A stretch of 64,000 nt of DNA from Octopus vulgaris (Eukaryota): the NCBI GenBank assembly GCA_951406725.2, contig OX597815.1, positions 79,608,001 to 79,672,000 of the forward strand, in the 5' to 3' direction. Shown piece after piece: positions 1 to 12,961 of this stretch. Position 1 is the stretch's first letter. Each line of letters starts with the position of its first letter. The translations under genes were made by a program, and so were the position numbers. The notes beneath the pieces were generated by a model. It did no database searches. It was not told the origin of the DNA and was given only the letters and a program-made list of their open reading frames with translations.

Positions 1-143
1 TACCCGATTCCTTTTACACAGAGCAATGGGACATAGTTTGCCATATGTAACCCCTTTTTTCTGTCTTAAGCGGCGTACTTCAAATACAAAGTCAAATAAA
101 GGAGAGGCCTCAACATATGTGTTGCAAAAAGACAATACCTGTT

Positions 144-505
<362 letters not shown>

Positions 506-689
506 GGCATAAATACATGTATGTATGTTTGTATGTATGTATGGGATAGTTCAACCCAGTCGACAAGACTTTTTGCGTTAAGAGAGCTCCCTGTATTTGC
601 AAACATGTGGTTGAGTTGGTGTGTTGGTTGAACTGCCTATGCACATACATAAGTGTGTGCATCTATTCACATAAGAATCTCAGATGGAG

Positions 690-1030
690 AATCTTTGGAA
701 TGTCTCACAAATCTTCACTGTACCACTAATAGATTGGATTGGGAGAATCCAAGTCAGTTTCTTTTGCTCTTTTACCGTGAAATCAAGTATTTCTAGGTTT
801 TTGTGCAAATTTTTTGGTACATAACCTAATGCACCTATGATGAGCTTCATAGTCAGTATACAAGAGCTGTCAGTTCTGCATTAATTCGCCATAAATGTTC
901 TCTTTTTCCTGAACCTCAGATTGTACATTTACATCTCTTAAGCAGCTGACCTCTACAACAGCGCATGACTTTTGTTCCCCTTCCTATAGAACAATATCAG
1001 GTTTATAGATTGTTGGGAGTGTTGAAGTGT
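690..1030 (-). mobile_element. Decayed 3' end of an RLE (restriction-like endonuclease) non-LTR retrotransposon
   Basis: Minus strand translates, with frameshifts, as KPDIVL...SCAVVEVSC...DVNVQSEVQEKENIYGEL...IIGALGYVPKNLHKNLEIL...SISGTVKICETF, matching the PD..D/ExK RLE C-terminus. Confidence 0.7.
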
Positions 1031-2131
1031 CAGACGAGCTGTCTTGCATCACTGTTCTGGCTTAGCGAATTCTGAATTCAAATCCGGCCCCGCCACCAAA
1101 CGGCGACAGCAAAAAAAAAAAAAAAGGGATTATATTTTCCTTGGCTTTATGGGAAAATCAGCTACCACCAGCATCAATGAAAGATCAGGTCTGGTATGGA
1201 GGCATGTGTCATTTCAGAGCATTGTTGTATTGTCGGTAAATTCCTGGGGCCTCCCAGGCGACCCGTCGAGTCCAAGTCAGTCCCCATCTCCGCGAGATAC
1301 CTCCTCATCTGCCATAATCATGTAGCATGTGGTCGATCAACACAAGCCGTCAGCCCAGCCGGATCTTCAGTGAAGAGAACATGGTAAGCAAAATCTAACT
1401 CGGAAAATCGCGCAGTATAGCACTCCCAAATCATACAAGGAACAGGATGCGGCCCAGTTTCAGAGTAGAGTATTTTTGGGGGTACAAAATCCGACCAATG
1501 GTTATGGATTATCACTAGTGGGATCAACGAAAGGATAGTCAATAAAAAGGGTACTTCGAACAAAAGTTATTTACCTCCCATTAAGCCGAAGCAAATGTAG
1601 CCAATTGATAAATATAGCTCAATAAATTGGTATGGTTAATAATCCTTTACTTGAAATTCTGAAATATGACACCTTCCAAAATGGAAAAAATCTACATACT
1701 TCTCTTTTTAAACATTTTATAACACCTAACTGGCTTTTTAAAACTACCAAACAGTGAGGAATATCTTTCATAAGCGTACAACGTAGCAGTTCCATTTTCG
1801 TAAAAGTGGTTTTCAAATGGATTTGCTTCTCTATAATATAAAAGTACTTTGGTTTATGATAAAACTACACATATGAGTCTAAAGCTGCTCGAGCATTGAC
1901 TATGAATTATTACATCTTTACATGAACATTATTTTCTTTATTGTAATTTCTATACCAATGGTATTTTCGTTTGTTTCAGTTTTATTGTTGGAGTATTATT
2001 ATTATTTTTATCATCGATATGGGAAACTGAAAAGAAAATATTTTAGTCCAACATCGCCTTTCTTTATAAATGTCTAATACAAAAAGAGGCGGGCGAGAAG
2101 TAAGCGATTTTTAACCATGTGATCAGGGAAA

Positions 2132-2318
2132 GGCGGTGAGCTGGCCCAACTGTTAAAGCGTTGATGAAAATGCTTAATAGCATCTCTTATGGTTCATTAT
2201 GTTCTGAGCTGAAATTCCTCCGAGGTCGAGTTCGCTTTTCATCCCTTTAAGTACTGGGGCCAATTTAATTGACCCTTCTTCTCCGCTAAAACTGTTGCTT
2301 TTGGCCAATATTTGAAAC
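2132..2318 (+). mobile_element. tRNA-derived SINE (family A), degenerate copy
   Basis: ggcggtgagctggc head, gaggtcgagttcgcttttcatccc core and tttgaaac tail match the other family A copies here. Confidence 0.8.
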
Positions 2319-2320
2319 TG

Positions 2321-2544
2321 CACTAATCCCTCGCCATATCGCGGTTCACCTATCGCAGTTTATTATTTAAGCTTAAGTCGATTCCTCCGTGGTGTTGTTT
2401 TGCCATTTACAATAAAATAAATATATACAAATCATAAAAATAATACTAAAAAATTATACAGTACAGTACTGTTTCTACTTCGCGGATTTTCACCTATCGC
2501 GGGGTTTTTGGAACGTAGCACCCGCGATAGTCGAGGGATTACTG
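2321..2544. mobile_element. Tigger/pogo-type (Tc1/mariner superfamily) MITE
   Basis: TIRs cactaatccctcgccatatcgcgg / ccgcgatagtcgagggattactg, followed by TA on the right (tg on the left); internal repeated ttcacctatcgc subterminal motif. Confidence 0.8.
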
Positions 2545-3171
2545 TATTTGGTTAGGAAGATTTGATTATCTTTGGCCAATCGAGGAACTACTCTTTCGAG
2601 AAACAAATATTAAACGAAAAAAAAAAAATGATTTACGAGAATTATTTTCCTATTTTATAACTCCTCATCCCATACATTTTTAGAAGTTATTTCATTCTAC
2701 TATAAATGTTAAAATGTATATATTGAAAAAAAAATTAGGAAAAAGGTAAGCAACTCCGTCTATTTCACTATTTATTTAACATGGGTAAATTTTGGCCATC
2801 GTTAGCTCAGTCCACATATAACTTAATAGTTACACCTGTTTTAAGACATCATAACCCACCCAAGTTGGGAGTTTTTGTTTGTTTGCTGAATGTACCTGGG
2901 TAATTTCGTATGGTATTTTTTTTTGAGGAATTTGTCCAGGCAAACCGTTTGAACCTGATTATGGGTTGAGGGAATTTTGGAAGGGTTAAAAAAGGACGGA
3001 CTTATAGATGTGCTTAAAACAGAAAGTGTGAAAGGCAAAACTTACGAGTAGCTGTTATATTTCACTGGCAAGAAGCGAAACTGAAACAGGCTGGGCACTA
3101 TCTTGAAAGATTTAGCCGACCAAATCGCAGGCACTTATTTTGAGACTGATACGTTTTCTATTGAGTCTTCT

Positions 3172-3318
3172 TATTTCTTTACTGCCCACAAGGGGCTAAA
3201 CATAGAGGGGACAAACAAGGACAGACGAAGGGATTAAGTCGATTACATCGACCCAAGTGCGTAATTGGTACTTAATTTATCGACCTCGGAAGGATCAAAG
3301 GTAAAGTCGACCTCGGCG
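3172..3318 (-). mobile_element. 5'-truncated family A SINE with 24-bp target-site duplication
   Basis: gatacgttttctattgagtcttct occurs at 3148-3171 and 3319-3342; the insert sits inside a degraded CORE-like SINE (about 3060-3465, minus). Confidence 0.9.
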
Positions 3319-3632
3319 GATACGTTTTCTATTGAGTCTTCTGCCGTACATTGTATCAATACAGTGTCTTCAGCATAGTTTTCACCTACCATATTCACTC
3401 ACAATACATTGGTCAGCCTGAGCTATAGTGAGAGGCACTCGCTCAAAATGTTGCGCTGTGCAACAAAACCCTATATGTAACACATATTAAAGTACATATA
3501 CACATAATGTATACATTCATACAGACACAAATGCATACAAACCTACATACATTCATGCATACATACGCAGACAAACATACAAACATACATATACACACGC
3601 ACATACAAACATGCACATAGAACACACGCACA

Positions 3633-4150
3633 TGGGATTCAAGCCTCTTCTCCTTATCTCCTCAAAGACATGCAACATCTCGAAAGAGTCCAGAAGCTGG
3701 CTACCCGCATGGTTCTTGGTCTCAAGAATTTGTCTTATGAAGAAAGGCTGAAGACGCTCGACCTTTATTCTCTAGAAACACGACGACGCCGTGGTGATCT
3801 CATTCTTGCTCACAATATCATAAGCGGAAAGTGTAACCTCTCGAAAGAGATGTTCTTCATTCCTGCTCCAGAGCGTCGGCTGCGGGGTCACTCCGAAAAG
3901 CTCTATCTGCGACGATTTCATCTCAATCGAAGGAGAGGGGCTTTCTCCGTCCGGGTTGCAGATCCGTGGAATAAGCTGCCGGAGGAGATAGTGAAGATGC
4001 CGACGACCGCTCGTTTCAAAGTCTCCCTTGACCACAAGTGGCCTGAACTCTTTACATGAACACCACCCTGTACATAACTCCATGTCCCCCTACATGGCCT
4101 TGCTTTTTGCTTTTTGAGCCCAAAAATTAACTAAGTAACTAACTAACTAA
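3633..4150 (+). mobile_element. 5'-truncated CR1-clade LINE, ORF2 C-terminus plus 3' tail
   Basis: ORF 3670..4059 reads LERVQKLATR..LSYEERLKTLDLYSLETRRRRGDLI..RGHSEKL..FSVRVADPWNKLP, the typical CR1 post-RT region; ends in a (TAAC)n tail at about 4128-4150. Confidence 0.92.
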
Positions 4151-4678
4151 CATCTATCACAACAAACAGACGCAATTCCACACTATATTTTCACCGGTAT
4201 GCATACATATAGATGTATATACCGGTGTAAAATGGTGCGTCCATTTATTGTTAATAGATAAGTAATCAATGTGATACATTGATTAATTGACTACCATACT
4301 CAAATAAGTTTGCTGTAATCAACTGAAATACATGAAAGTGATGCTGCAGCATGAGCGAAGTCAAAATCCTACAACCTTTAAAAGAATGAATAAGTTAATA
4401 TTACATAAAAAAAATAAAAATGCAGATGAACAGATGTTTCCAGCCAGTGAAAACATGAAGCCGTGAAGTACTCATATTAAGGGAGATGTAGATTTCTTTT
4501 CTCCCTCTCTATCTCTCTCCTTCCCTCTCTCCCTCTCTCTCTCTCCTTTTCTTCCTCTCTCCACTCCCTCTTCCCCTCTCTTTCGCACACAGACGCGCGT
4601 ACATACATACAAACACACATGCACGCACATGCACATAGATACAGAGAGCGATTCAGAGAGAGAGAGAGAAATGTATAT

Positions 4679-4723
<45 letters not shown>

Positions 4724-5157
4724 AAGAAAGAGAACGGGTGAGATACATATATAGATAGAAATATGTAAGCATAATAAAGAGAGAGGGGAGAGAGAGAGTG
4801 AAATACACACACACACACACAGAAATATACATACACACAGTTACACACACACACACACACACATACACACACACGTACACTCCAAGTAATTGTTATGTTG
4901 GTTTCATACATACCTACTTAGATGCACGTATCAGTGCAATCGCTTCATTTCATTCATCTACTACACCAAAATTCGCAGGTGTGATCTTTTACTAAACCAC
5001 GAACCAAATTTCGCCGAAGTGCTCAATTAAGGAATTAAATACTCGGCTCCAAGAACCAGTGAAATGAACACGAATTGTATCAGAGGTGCTGCTCTGTGAA
5101 AGAGTTAATAGTTTAAGAGCATTTCTACTCCCACATGTGTTTAAACATCATTGAACC

Positions 5158-5188
<31 letters not shown>

Positions 5189-5485
5189 TCTACCCCATTC
5201 CTGCCTCTTTCCGATTGAAGAGTCATGAATTAATTAATTTGGTATGTTAATGGCAGCTGTGTCGCTGATCACTGTCTTCATTGGTGGTAGTAGTTTGCAG
5301 TTCGCTGACTCAAAAGGGCACCTGTCTTATCTAAACGCCTTCACCCCACGTGATTAACAACCCAGCATAATATTGGCGAAATCTTTACAACGCTGTTAAA
5401 TTAATTCCCTTACTGCTCTACCATAACCTCTAACCTCAAGAGCATCTGTATCATTTGAGTGGATTCACCTAGTGCGCGTGCGTGC

Positions 5486-5552
<67 letters not shown>

Positions 5553-6384
5553 TGCTCGTGTGTGTTCGTGTGTGTGTGGCTAGAAATCAAGCTTAATATT
5601 AATGGCTGATAAGTAAATTTGTTAGACCGGTGATAGAGTAATTTGGTTCAAAATTACTTCAGTTCACTAACTACACGTCTTTTATTACGCACATAACTTG
5701 AGACGGAATAGCATCTGTATTCTATAAGCACTTTTAACCTCATATGATTACTAACCGAGCTCTCAGTTAGCAAATTTTAAAATTCGCTTGGACAGTCAGG
5801 ACAATGAAATATTCGATTGATACTTGACAGACAGATCGATATATCGATAAAATAAGTATCAGTAACATAGTAATGTTGATTAGTCTTCAGACATTAAACT
5901 CCCACTTTACAATTGATCGTTTTCTTCTGCTTTACTGAAAGCATTCGCTAATACTGCGCTTCAGAGATTGCTTTGTAGACTGCCGAATCGGATGGTTTGG
6001 GTAGTTTATTTAGTTCGGTACTGTAGTGCACTGAGTTCAAATCCTGTCACAGTTTGTATTTTTATTAAATTTGATATAATAAATTGTGAACAACGGCGAC
6101 TTTAGTTCAAGTTGCCAAAGGACCATTCATTTGATTCACTGCATTTCCAACAGTGAAAAGAGTGACAAGAGAGTGTTTAATTAAATGCAGAACAAATATA
6201 CAAAGAGATTTCGTTTCAGTTTTGTTACGATGTTTGTATCCATCATCGATGTATATTGATGACAGACACACAAAAACAGACACACGCACCCCCCACACTC
6301 ACAGAGAAACATCCCCATATGCCCATAAAAATATATATGTATGCATGTGTATGAATGTATGTGTGTGTGTGTGTGCGTGTATAC

Positions 6385-6550
6385 ACGACAACTTTCATTC
6401 AGTATACTATCGACCAGGTTTTATTTACAGGTACTGCAGCTTCCGAAGCTACGATAGAAGATACCTGCTCAAGGTGCCGCGCAGTAGTATCGAACCTGGA
6501 GTCATGTTATGGAGAAGCGAATCTCCTAACTATATAGCAATGCCCGCGCA
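6385..6550 (-). mobile_element. Degenerate tRNA-derived CORE-like SINE (family B)
   Basis: Reverse complement gives gcgggcattgctatatagttagg...ccataacatgactccaggttcgatactactgcgcggcaccttgagcaggtatcttctatcgtagc, similar to 39168-39312. Confidence 0.7.
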
Positions 6551-6960
6551 TTTGGTAGGGAGCAGGTATTAAGTAAGCATTACTATTAAACTAGAGTCGA
6601 TTCAGCAGATTATATTGTAACGTAATATAATCGGCCCAGTATTCAAAATATTGACACAAATAATATAAACGAATTTCTTCGGTTGACTAATAAATTATTT
6701 TGTACATTGAGGAAACTAGTATTTTAATTCAAAGTCTGAGGTATTACTCATACAAATAATCTTAATTTAGTTAAACTACATATCAGATTTCGTTTATCGT
6801 AATAGAATCATTTGTTAATCTTCGCTAATACCAATGATTTGTGATAGAAAAATATCTTTGAATGGAATAATTCTCAAACAATTGGTGGGTCTTTTGTTCG
6901 TAACTGAAGCCTTCATTTAGTGTGTCGGAGGTCAGAGTCACAGAGAGAAATATTTGTACG

Positions 6961-7273
6961 CAGGGGTCTTTAACCATTAATTATTAAAACTAAAATTGGC
7001 AAACTTTTAATTATTTGTTACTATAGATCAACCATTCTTTACCTATGGACTACCTTTGATTCCTATTCTACTCTACTGGACCTCCATAGCCATTCAATGC
7101 TTAAAAAAAAAATCCAATTATATTTTTAGAATTAAATATTATTGGGAATTGTATACAACAATTTAAAAATATTTTGTGTATTGTAGAAGTACACCCAGTT
7201 TATTGCACATAATTTTTAACAAAATCTTATATGGGCCCCCAATAGTTATGTGAACCTCGGTTGAGAACCATTA
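6961..7273. mobile_element. hAT-type (Charlie-like) MITE remnant
   Basis: Starts caggggtctttaacc; ends ggttgagaaccatt, a degenerate ggttgagaaccactg terminus. Confidence 0.55.
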
Positions 7274-7793
7274 CCATAAATCGTAGAGTGACTGAGTTTT
7301 CATTTTTATTTTTGCAGAAGTACTTTACACGCCCTCTTGAGTGCAAAGTTTTACGTACATCTAAAAATCAATATCTCGATCGAGTTTTGATTCAAAAGTG
7401 AGTCCACCAGACAACCTTGTGACATGTTTGTTCTGAGATACTGTATTATCAGTTTAAGCTTCTTGAATAAACGAACGTTCTGTCTGAATACTGGCTGAAT
7501 AAAAGATGGAATGAGGACAACTGGAACGTACGTGATCAGAGGTTTGCACGATTTAGATTGATCTGGAGCCAGACAGCAACATCAATAACGAAGACTGCAG
7601 AACTCCGGAACTGTTTACTCTAAGAAATTTAGTTTTGTGTCTCTTCTCATTTCTGAGGTCAAAACCTGCAGCAGACGATTCAATCAGAACATCGAGAAGA
7701 AAAATAAGTAAATAAAGTAAATACCAGTAATATACGAAGGCATATGCATACTATAACATTGTTCACTGCCCACGTAAAAAAAAAAAATTATAT

Positions 7794-7971
7794 TAGGCAC
7801 GTTCCCAGAATATTTCGAAGGAAGGGCACAAGGTTAGAAGGGTGTACAATTCCAGGAGAAAAGGGCGTAATAAGATTATTTAGAAGGGCACACTTCTTTT
7901 CTTGGAGTAGGGTGTGGGTGGGGGGATAGTGGCACGTGCCCCTCAATACCCCATCCCTTGGGTCCGCACCT
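7794..7971. mobile_element. Short GC-rich MITE with CAGG-type termini
   Basis: 5' taggcacgttccca versus 3' tgggtccgcacctg (imperfect TIR); internal repeated agggc(a/g) motifs. Confidence 0.45.
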
Positions 7972-8164
7972 GAGTATATAAATTTTTAATTTTCAATATT
8001 GTTGATGTTTTCTTCATTGTCTTCGTTTTTGGAATGCCTTCAGTTTGTTAGACAATTTTTGGTTTAAGTAATTTACCCCAATACCCACCAATGAAATAGC
8101 CCTACAAAAAAAAAAAAGGAAAACAGCAAATAACAAAAGAAAACGAAAAAAAAAACGGCGCCAG

Positions 8165-8293
8165 TTTGCTTTTCAAACACGTGTTTAAGGTTCAATTCCA
8201 CTGCGCTGCACCTTAAACGTCTTCGACTATAATCGCTGTTCGACTAATGCCTTACGAATGGATTTGGAAGACGGAAACTGTGTAGAAGCTCAT

Positions 8294-8376
<83 letters not shown>

Positions 8377-8505
8377 CTGCTTGTTTACGACCGCGTAGAC
8401 AAATATAACTACTGGGGGTTCAATTTACTTGACTAAACCGTTCAAGGCAGTGCCTTAGTATGGCCGCAGATCAATGACTAAGACAAGCAAAAGATAAAAA
8501 GATAA
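8165..8505 (+). mobile_element. CORE-like tRNA SINE (family B) with internal (TA)n(TG)n and LINE-type tail
   Basis: ggttcaattccactgcgctgcacctt...gatttggaagacggaaactg...; 3' ggcagtgccttagtatggccgcag..aatgact..aaagataaaaaga. Confidence 0.75.
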
Positions 8506-8529
8506 CAAATTATAAAATCAGAGAAACAA

Positions 8530-8683
8530 TATCGTAATCATCGTCTTTATCATCATCGTCATCGTCGTTGTCGTCGTTGGCCATCCGCCATTGCTGCCAT
8601 TGTCGCCATCACCTCCGCGGTAGTCGTGGTCGACGTCATCGTCGTCGTCGTTGTCGTTGTCGTCGTCGTCGTCGTCATCATCG

Positions 8684-8744
<61 letters not shown>

Positions 8745-8770
8745 TATCGTCATTATCATCGTCATTATTA
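8530..8770. repeat. (TCG)n/(CAT)n trinucleotide microsatellite
   Basis: Directly visible; source of the poly-H/M/S ORFs. Confidence 0.95.
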
Positions 8771-10941
8771 TCCAGAGGTAAACAAGAACAGCATAAACAA
8801 AAGTGTCAACTTAAACATCAGTACAGAAATCGTTATCGTTTTGAAATTTTCTTTTTTTCCTTTTTATATCAAAAACTCTTGGAAATGTACTGAGAATGGA
8901 TTAAATGGATAAATTAATCGCAATTATATTTTTTTGTTTTGTTTTCTTTTTTCTTAATTCTTTTCTTTTCTCTTTTTTTAAAAAAATTCTTTGATCTCAT
9001 TGATGTGTGATCCTAAATGTTTACGGACCTTTGTGCTGCCCTACATATTAATTCCAATTTAAGTAGCTTTCTCATTTACAATTCTGACGGAATATTTCTT
9101 GGCCTTATTTTTTTATTTTAACTTTTTTCTTTCCAGTTTTCTTTCATTTTTTATGTTTTCTTATTTTAATTTGTATTTCTTTCCAGTTTTGGTACATTTT
9201 TTTTATTCCTTATTTTGCTTTTTATTTTCTCTCCCTGGACATCAATTGGAAGTTGTCTTTTGTTTAATGGCATCTGCTTGTATGAAAATCGGTTGCTTTT
9301 CAGAGCAAAATGCCGCCTAAAGTATTTTCGGTTGATTGTTCAGCATTATTTCGTAATGTCTCCAAAATATTTATCAACAAAGAAGCCATTGTAATATTTA
9401 GTTTGTTAATTTAAAGTACTTGATAGAGTGCACGAGATAACTTGAAGTACCAACGAGAAACATATACGCACGCACACATATGCACTCTAGTACACTAGAC
9501 TACACACACACTCACACACACACATGTATATATACATATATATATTCATACATATGTTTATATGTGTGAATATATATAAGAGTGTGTATGTACGAACATA
9601 CGTATGTGTATGAGTGTATTACTCGTTAGTAGTAGTGTTTGACCGTGTAAATATGTTTATATGTATGTATGTATGTATGTATATATGTATGTATTTATGT
9701 ATGTATGTATATATATATATATATCTGTATGCAAGTACACATATACGTATGTGTATGCGTGTGTGTAGGTGTCTGTGTTCGCGTGTATTTGTATATGCCT
9801 ATTTATAAATGCATCCATGTTTCTATACGTATGAATATAAGTGTGTACGTGTATACGCGTCCATGTTTATGTATGAATGAACGTAATTTGTATGCATAAA
9901 AGTGTGTAAAGAAGTATGAATATATTTATGTGTGCATTTGTGTAGCATTAATGGCTCGAAACATAATCCTCTAAAGATGCTTTGCCTTTTATCTCCCCAG
10001 AAAGAATAAGAATCAAATATTTTACATTGAATTTCGGATGAGACTTTCACTGAAAACAATTATCTATTTATATTATTATGCTAATCAGTGTCAATGGGTG
10101 ATGAGAAATGGAAAGAAGCAAAGCGAATCCAACACAGTACTCACTCACACACACACCCACACTCGCCCACACGCATACACAGACACACACACATGCACAC
10201 ATGCCACTCTACAAATATATATGAATTAGATGCTGTCTATATGAGAAAGAAATCTTTACGAAAGAATGGAAATAAAAGTTATTCCCATCATTGTGTATAA
10301 ACAGTTATATACAACATTTTAAATTTGAAGGAGAGGGAAGAAGAGGGAAGAAGAGGCAAGAAGAAGATAGAGAGAGAGAGAGAGAGATACAGAAAAACAA
10401 AGAAGGGAATTATGTTGCTATATCCACACGCAATATGTTAATCACCGTAGCTCAACAGTCTATACGTCTCCAAACCAACAAAAAACAATCGAGAAACGAA
10501 AGATTTAGTATTTATTTAGTTCAATGAGCTGTGTTTTGTCTTTGTTAACTTCACAGTTATAACAATTGCTTCCGTTACTCCAATTTTACTCCCACCTAGC
10601 TCGGCATTTTCCCTTTGTTTTCTTGTTCGCTAAAAAACCAAAAAAACAAACAAAAAAAAAAACAAAGAAAATAAAAAACTTGATCCTCGTTTTTTTTTTG
10701 TTCAAATCTGTGTTAGTACATGCACACGCACACTCATATACATATGTGTTCCTGAATATAATATAATACAATATAATATAATATAATATAATATAGCATA
10801 ATATAATAATATAATATAATATAATATAATATAATATAACATAATATAATATAATAATATAATATAATATATACATATATACATATATATATTTAGTAGT
10901 AAAGCATTCATTTTCTCATTGTTCGTTGGGTATTTGATTAG

Positions 10942-10976
<35 letters not shown>

Positions 10977-11001
10977 TATACATAATATATATTGTCTATA
11001 T

Positions 11002-11190
11002 AGGGTTCCACGGAACCTATTCCGCCATAGGGGTTCTGCAAGAAGTTACAAAACTAAAATCGGCAGTAATTTTTAATTCTCCTGTGCAGATATGTGTGCA
11101 TAAGACTATTAAATTATTGCACAGGGGTTCCTCGAGCCAGTGGAATGCTTCCTTGGGGTTCCGCTCCAGCAAAAACTTTGAAAAGCACTG
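11002..11190. mobile_element. hAT-type MITE terminal fragment
   Basis: Repeated ggggttcc subterminal motifs; ends tttgaaaagcactg (reverse complement CAGTGCTTTTCAAA). Confidence 0.65.
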
Positions 11191-11197
11191 GTTTAGA

Positions 11198-11410
11198 CCC
11201 ATCTAGCATCGATTCCTCACGGGTGAGATACTGAATATCTGTATCACTTAATTTGATGCTTTTGTATACACATACCAAGAAGAAATCTTCCGGAACAGAC
11301 GTTATTTTAACGATATACGGCTTGTTACCCGAGGAAACATATGTACACCGACGGATACACCTAAACCAGATGTTCAGTATCCTTCCTGTGAGGAATCGAT
11401 GTTAGATGGG
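11198..11410. mobile_element. Foldback/MITE-like element with about 44-bp inverted arms
   Basis: cccatctagcatcgattcctcacgggtgagatactgaatatctg (11198-11241) pairs with cagatgttcagtatccttcctgtgaggaatcgatgttagatggg (11367-11410). Confidence 0.8.
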
Positions 11411-11607
11411 GCGAAACAATTATATTGATCAATAAACATCCCCGTATCTTCCATCTTCCGTCTCTCTCTCATCTGTCTCTCTGTCTGTCCGTCCGTCCGT
11501 CTGTCCTTCCTTCCGTCCGTCCATCCGTCCGTCTGTCGGTCTTTCTGTATGTCTTTCTGTCTGTCTGTCTGCCTGCCTGCCGGTTTGTCTGCCTGTCTGA
11601 CTGTCTG

Positions 11608-11684
<77 letters not shown>

Positions 11685-11743
11685 GCTCTACATTTGTATT
11701 TGTCCCCTCTGTGTCTAGCCCTGTGTGGCCAATAAAGAAAATG

Positions 11744-11820
<77 letters not shown>

Positions 11821-12094
11821 AGTATTCATATAAGTATCGGTGTGTACTTAGTAGCTAGCTGGCGTCCCTTTGACAAGGCTTTTAAACCGAATCCTCCACA
11901 TCCGAAATCTGATTGGGTATAGTAGTCAATATATTGCTCACGAGACGCTTTTGCACTGAATTGCACCACAACCAGTTGTACAGTATCCCACTCGCGGGAG
12001 ATCGATGCCGGATGGGTAGAAACGATAATTGTGAGCAGTAAAGTTTCTCGTATGTTCTAGCTTCCGTCACTATCATTTGTCTTATATTTAGGAA

Positions 12095-12320
12095 GGACCA
12101 TCTATGTGGCCTCTCAACTGGCTAAAGATGGCTCTCTCAAATTACCCTCTACCGTCTTAGAAAAGAAAAGAGATATTGAATAATGCATTTAGATACATTC
12201 TGACTAAAGAATATCAATGAGGTGGTCATAGGTGGAAGGTCTTTTATCATAGGTCTATTCAGTCTGATATGAAGTAGATCTAAACAAGAAGAAGAACAAC
12301 AACAGTAACAACAATAACAA
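12095..12320 (+). mobile_element. Dispersed repeat 3' end with (AAC)n tail (family E)
   Basis: Related degenerate copies at about 7490-7590, 40625-40810, 46700-46900 (minus) and 59480-59575, sharing ttttgatcataggtct...ctaaacaacaac. Confidence 0.6.
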
Positions 12321-12436
12321 CAGTAATATATTCTATGGTGTTTTTTTCAACAGTTTTTAACCGAATCCCCCATACTTGAAATCTTATCGGGCACAATAGT
12401 CTAGTGAACTGTTGTCAATATATTACGGATTCTTAA

Positions 12437-12632
12437 GGTGGCGAGTTGGTAGTATAGTTAGCATGCCGAGCAAAATGCCTAGCAGAATTTCGTCTGTTTT
12501 TACTTTCTGAGTTCAAATTCCGTCTTTCATCCTTCCGTGGTCGATGAAATAAGTACTAGGCAAGCACTGGGGTCGATGTAATTGACTTATTCCCTCCTCT
12601 GAAATTGCTGGATTTGTGCCAAAATTTGAAAT
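12437..12632 (+). mobile_element. Family A SINE, tail type b
   Basis: ggtggcgagttgg head, ttctgagttcaaattcc B-box, tttcatccttccgtggtcgatgaaataagtact core; flanked by a degenerate tcaatatatt duplication. Confidence 0.85.
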
Positions 12633-12740
12633 CAATATATTGCTGGTTCTTATATTACAGGCTACAGAAAGGGAGGCAGAACAGACGAAACGGTAAAGCG
12701 GTTGATTAAATTCTTTGCAGAACTTAGCAAAGTGCACATG

Positions 12741-12889
12741 TGTTTTGCCCCTTTGGTACGACCAGAATAATCAGGAAAATATTAGATAGCTGAAAAGAGC
12801 GAATAGCATGGTACCGTAGACTGCAGGTAGTAAACCCGCTACGCATGCAAGACTCCAGAAGCTCCAACAAAACCTGTGATAAAGAGATG

Positions 12890-12890
<1 letters not shown>
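12741..12890 (+). mobile_element. Extreme 3' end of an R4/Dong-type non-LTR retrotransposon
   Basis: GTTRIIRKILDS* plus a 3' UTR similar to 14005-14140 and 37840-37975, followed by (AAT)n. Confidence 0.8.

Positions 12891-12960
<70 letters not shown>

Positions 12961-12961
<1 letters not shown>

Noticed and set aside
1140-1816. Possible Tc1-like transposase relic on the minus strand (HPVPCMIWECY; SHKAKEN)
   Set aside because: Motifs are too fragmentary and no TIRs were found.
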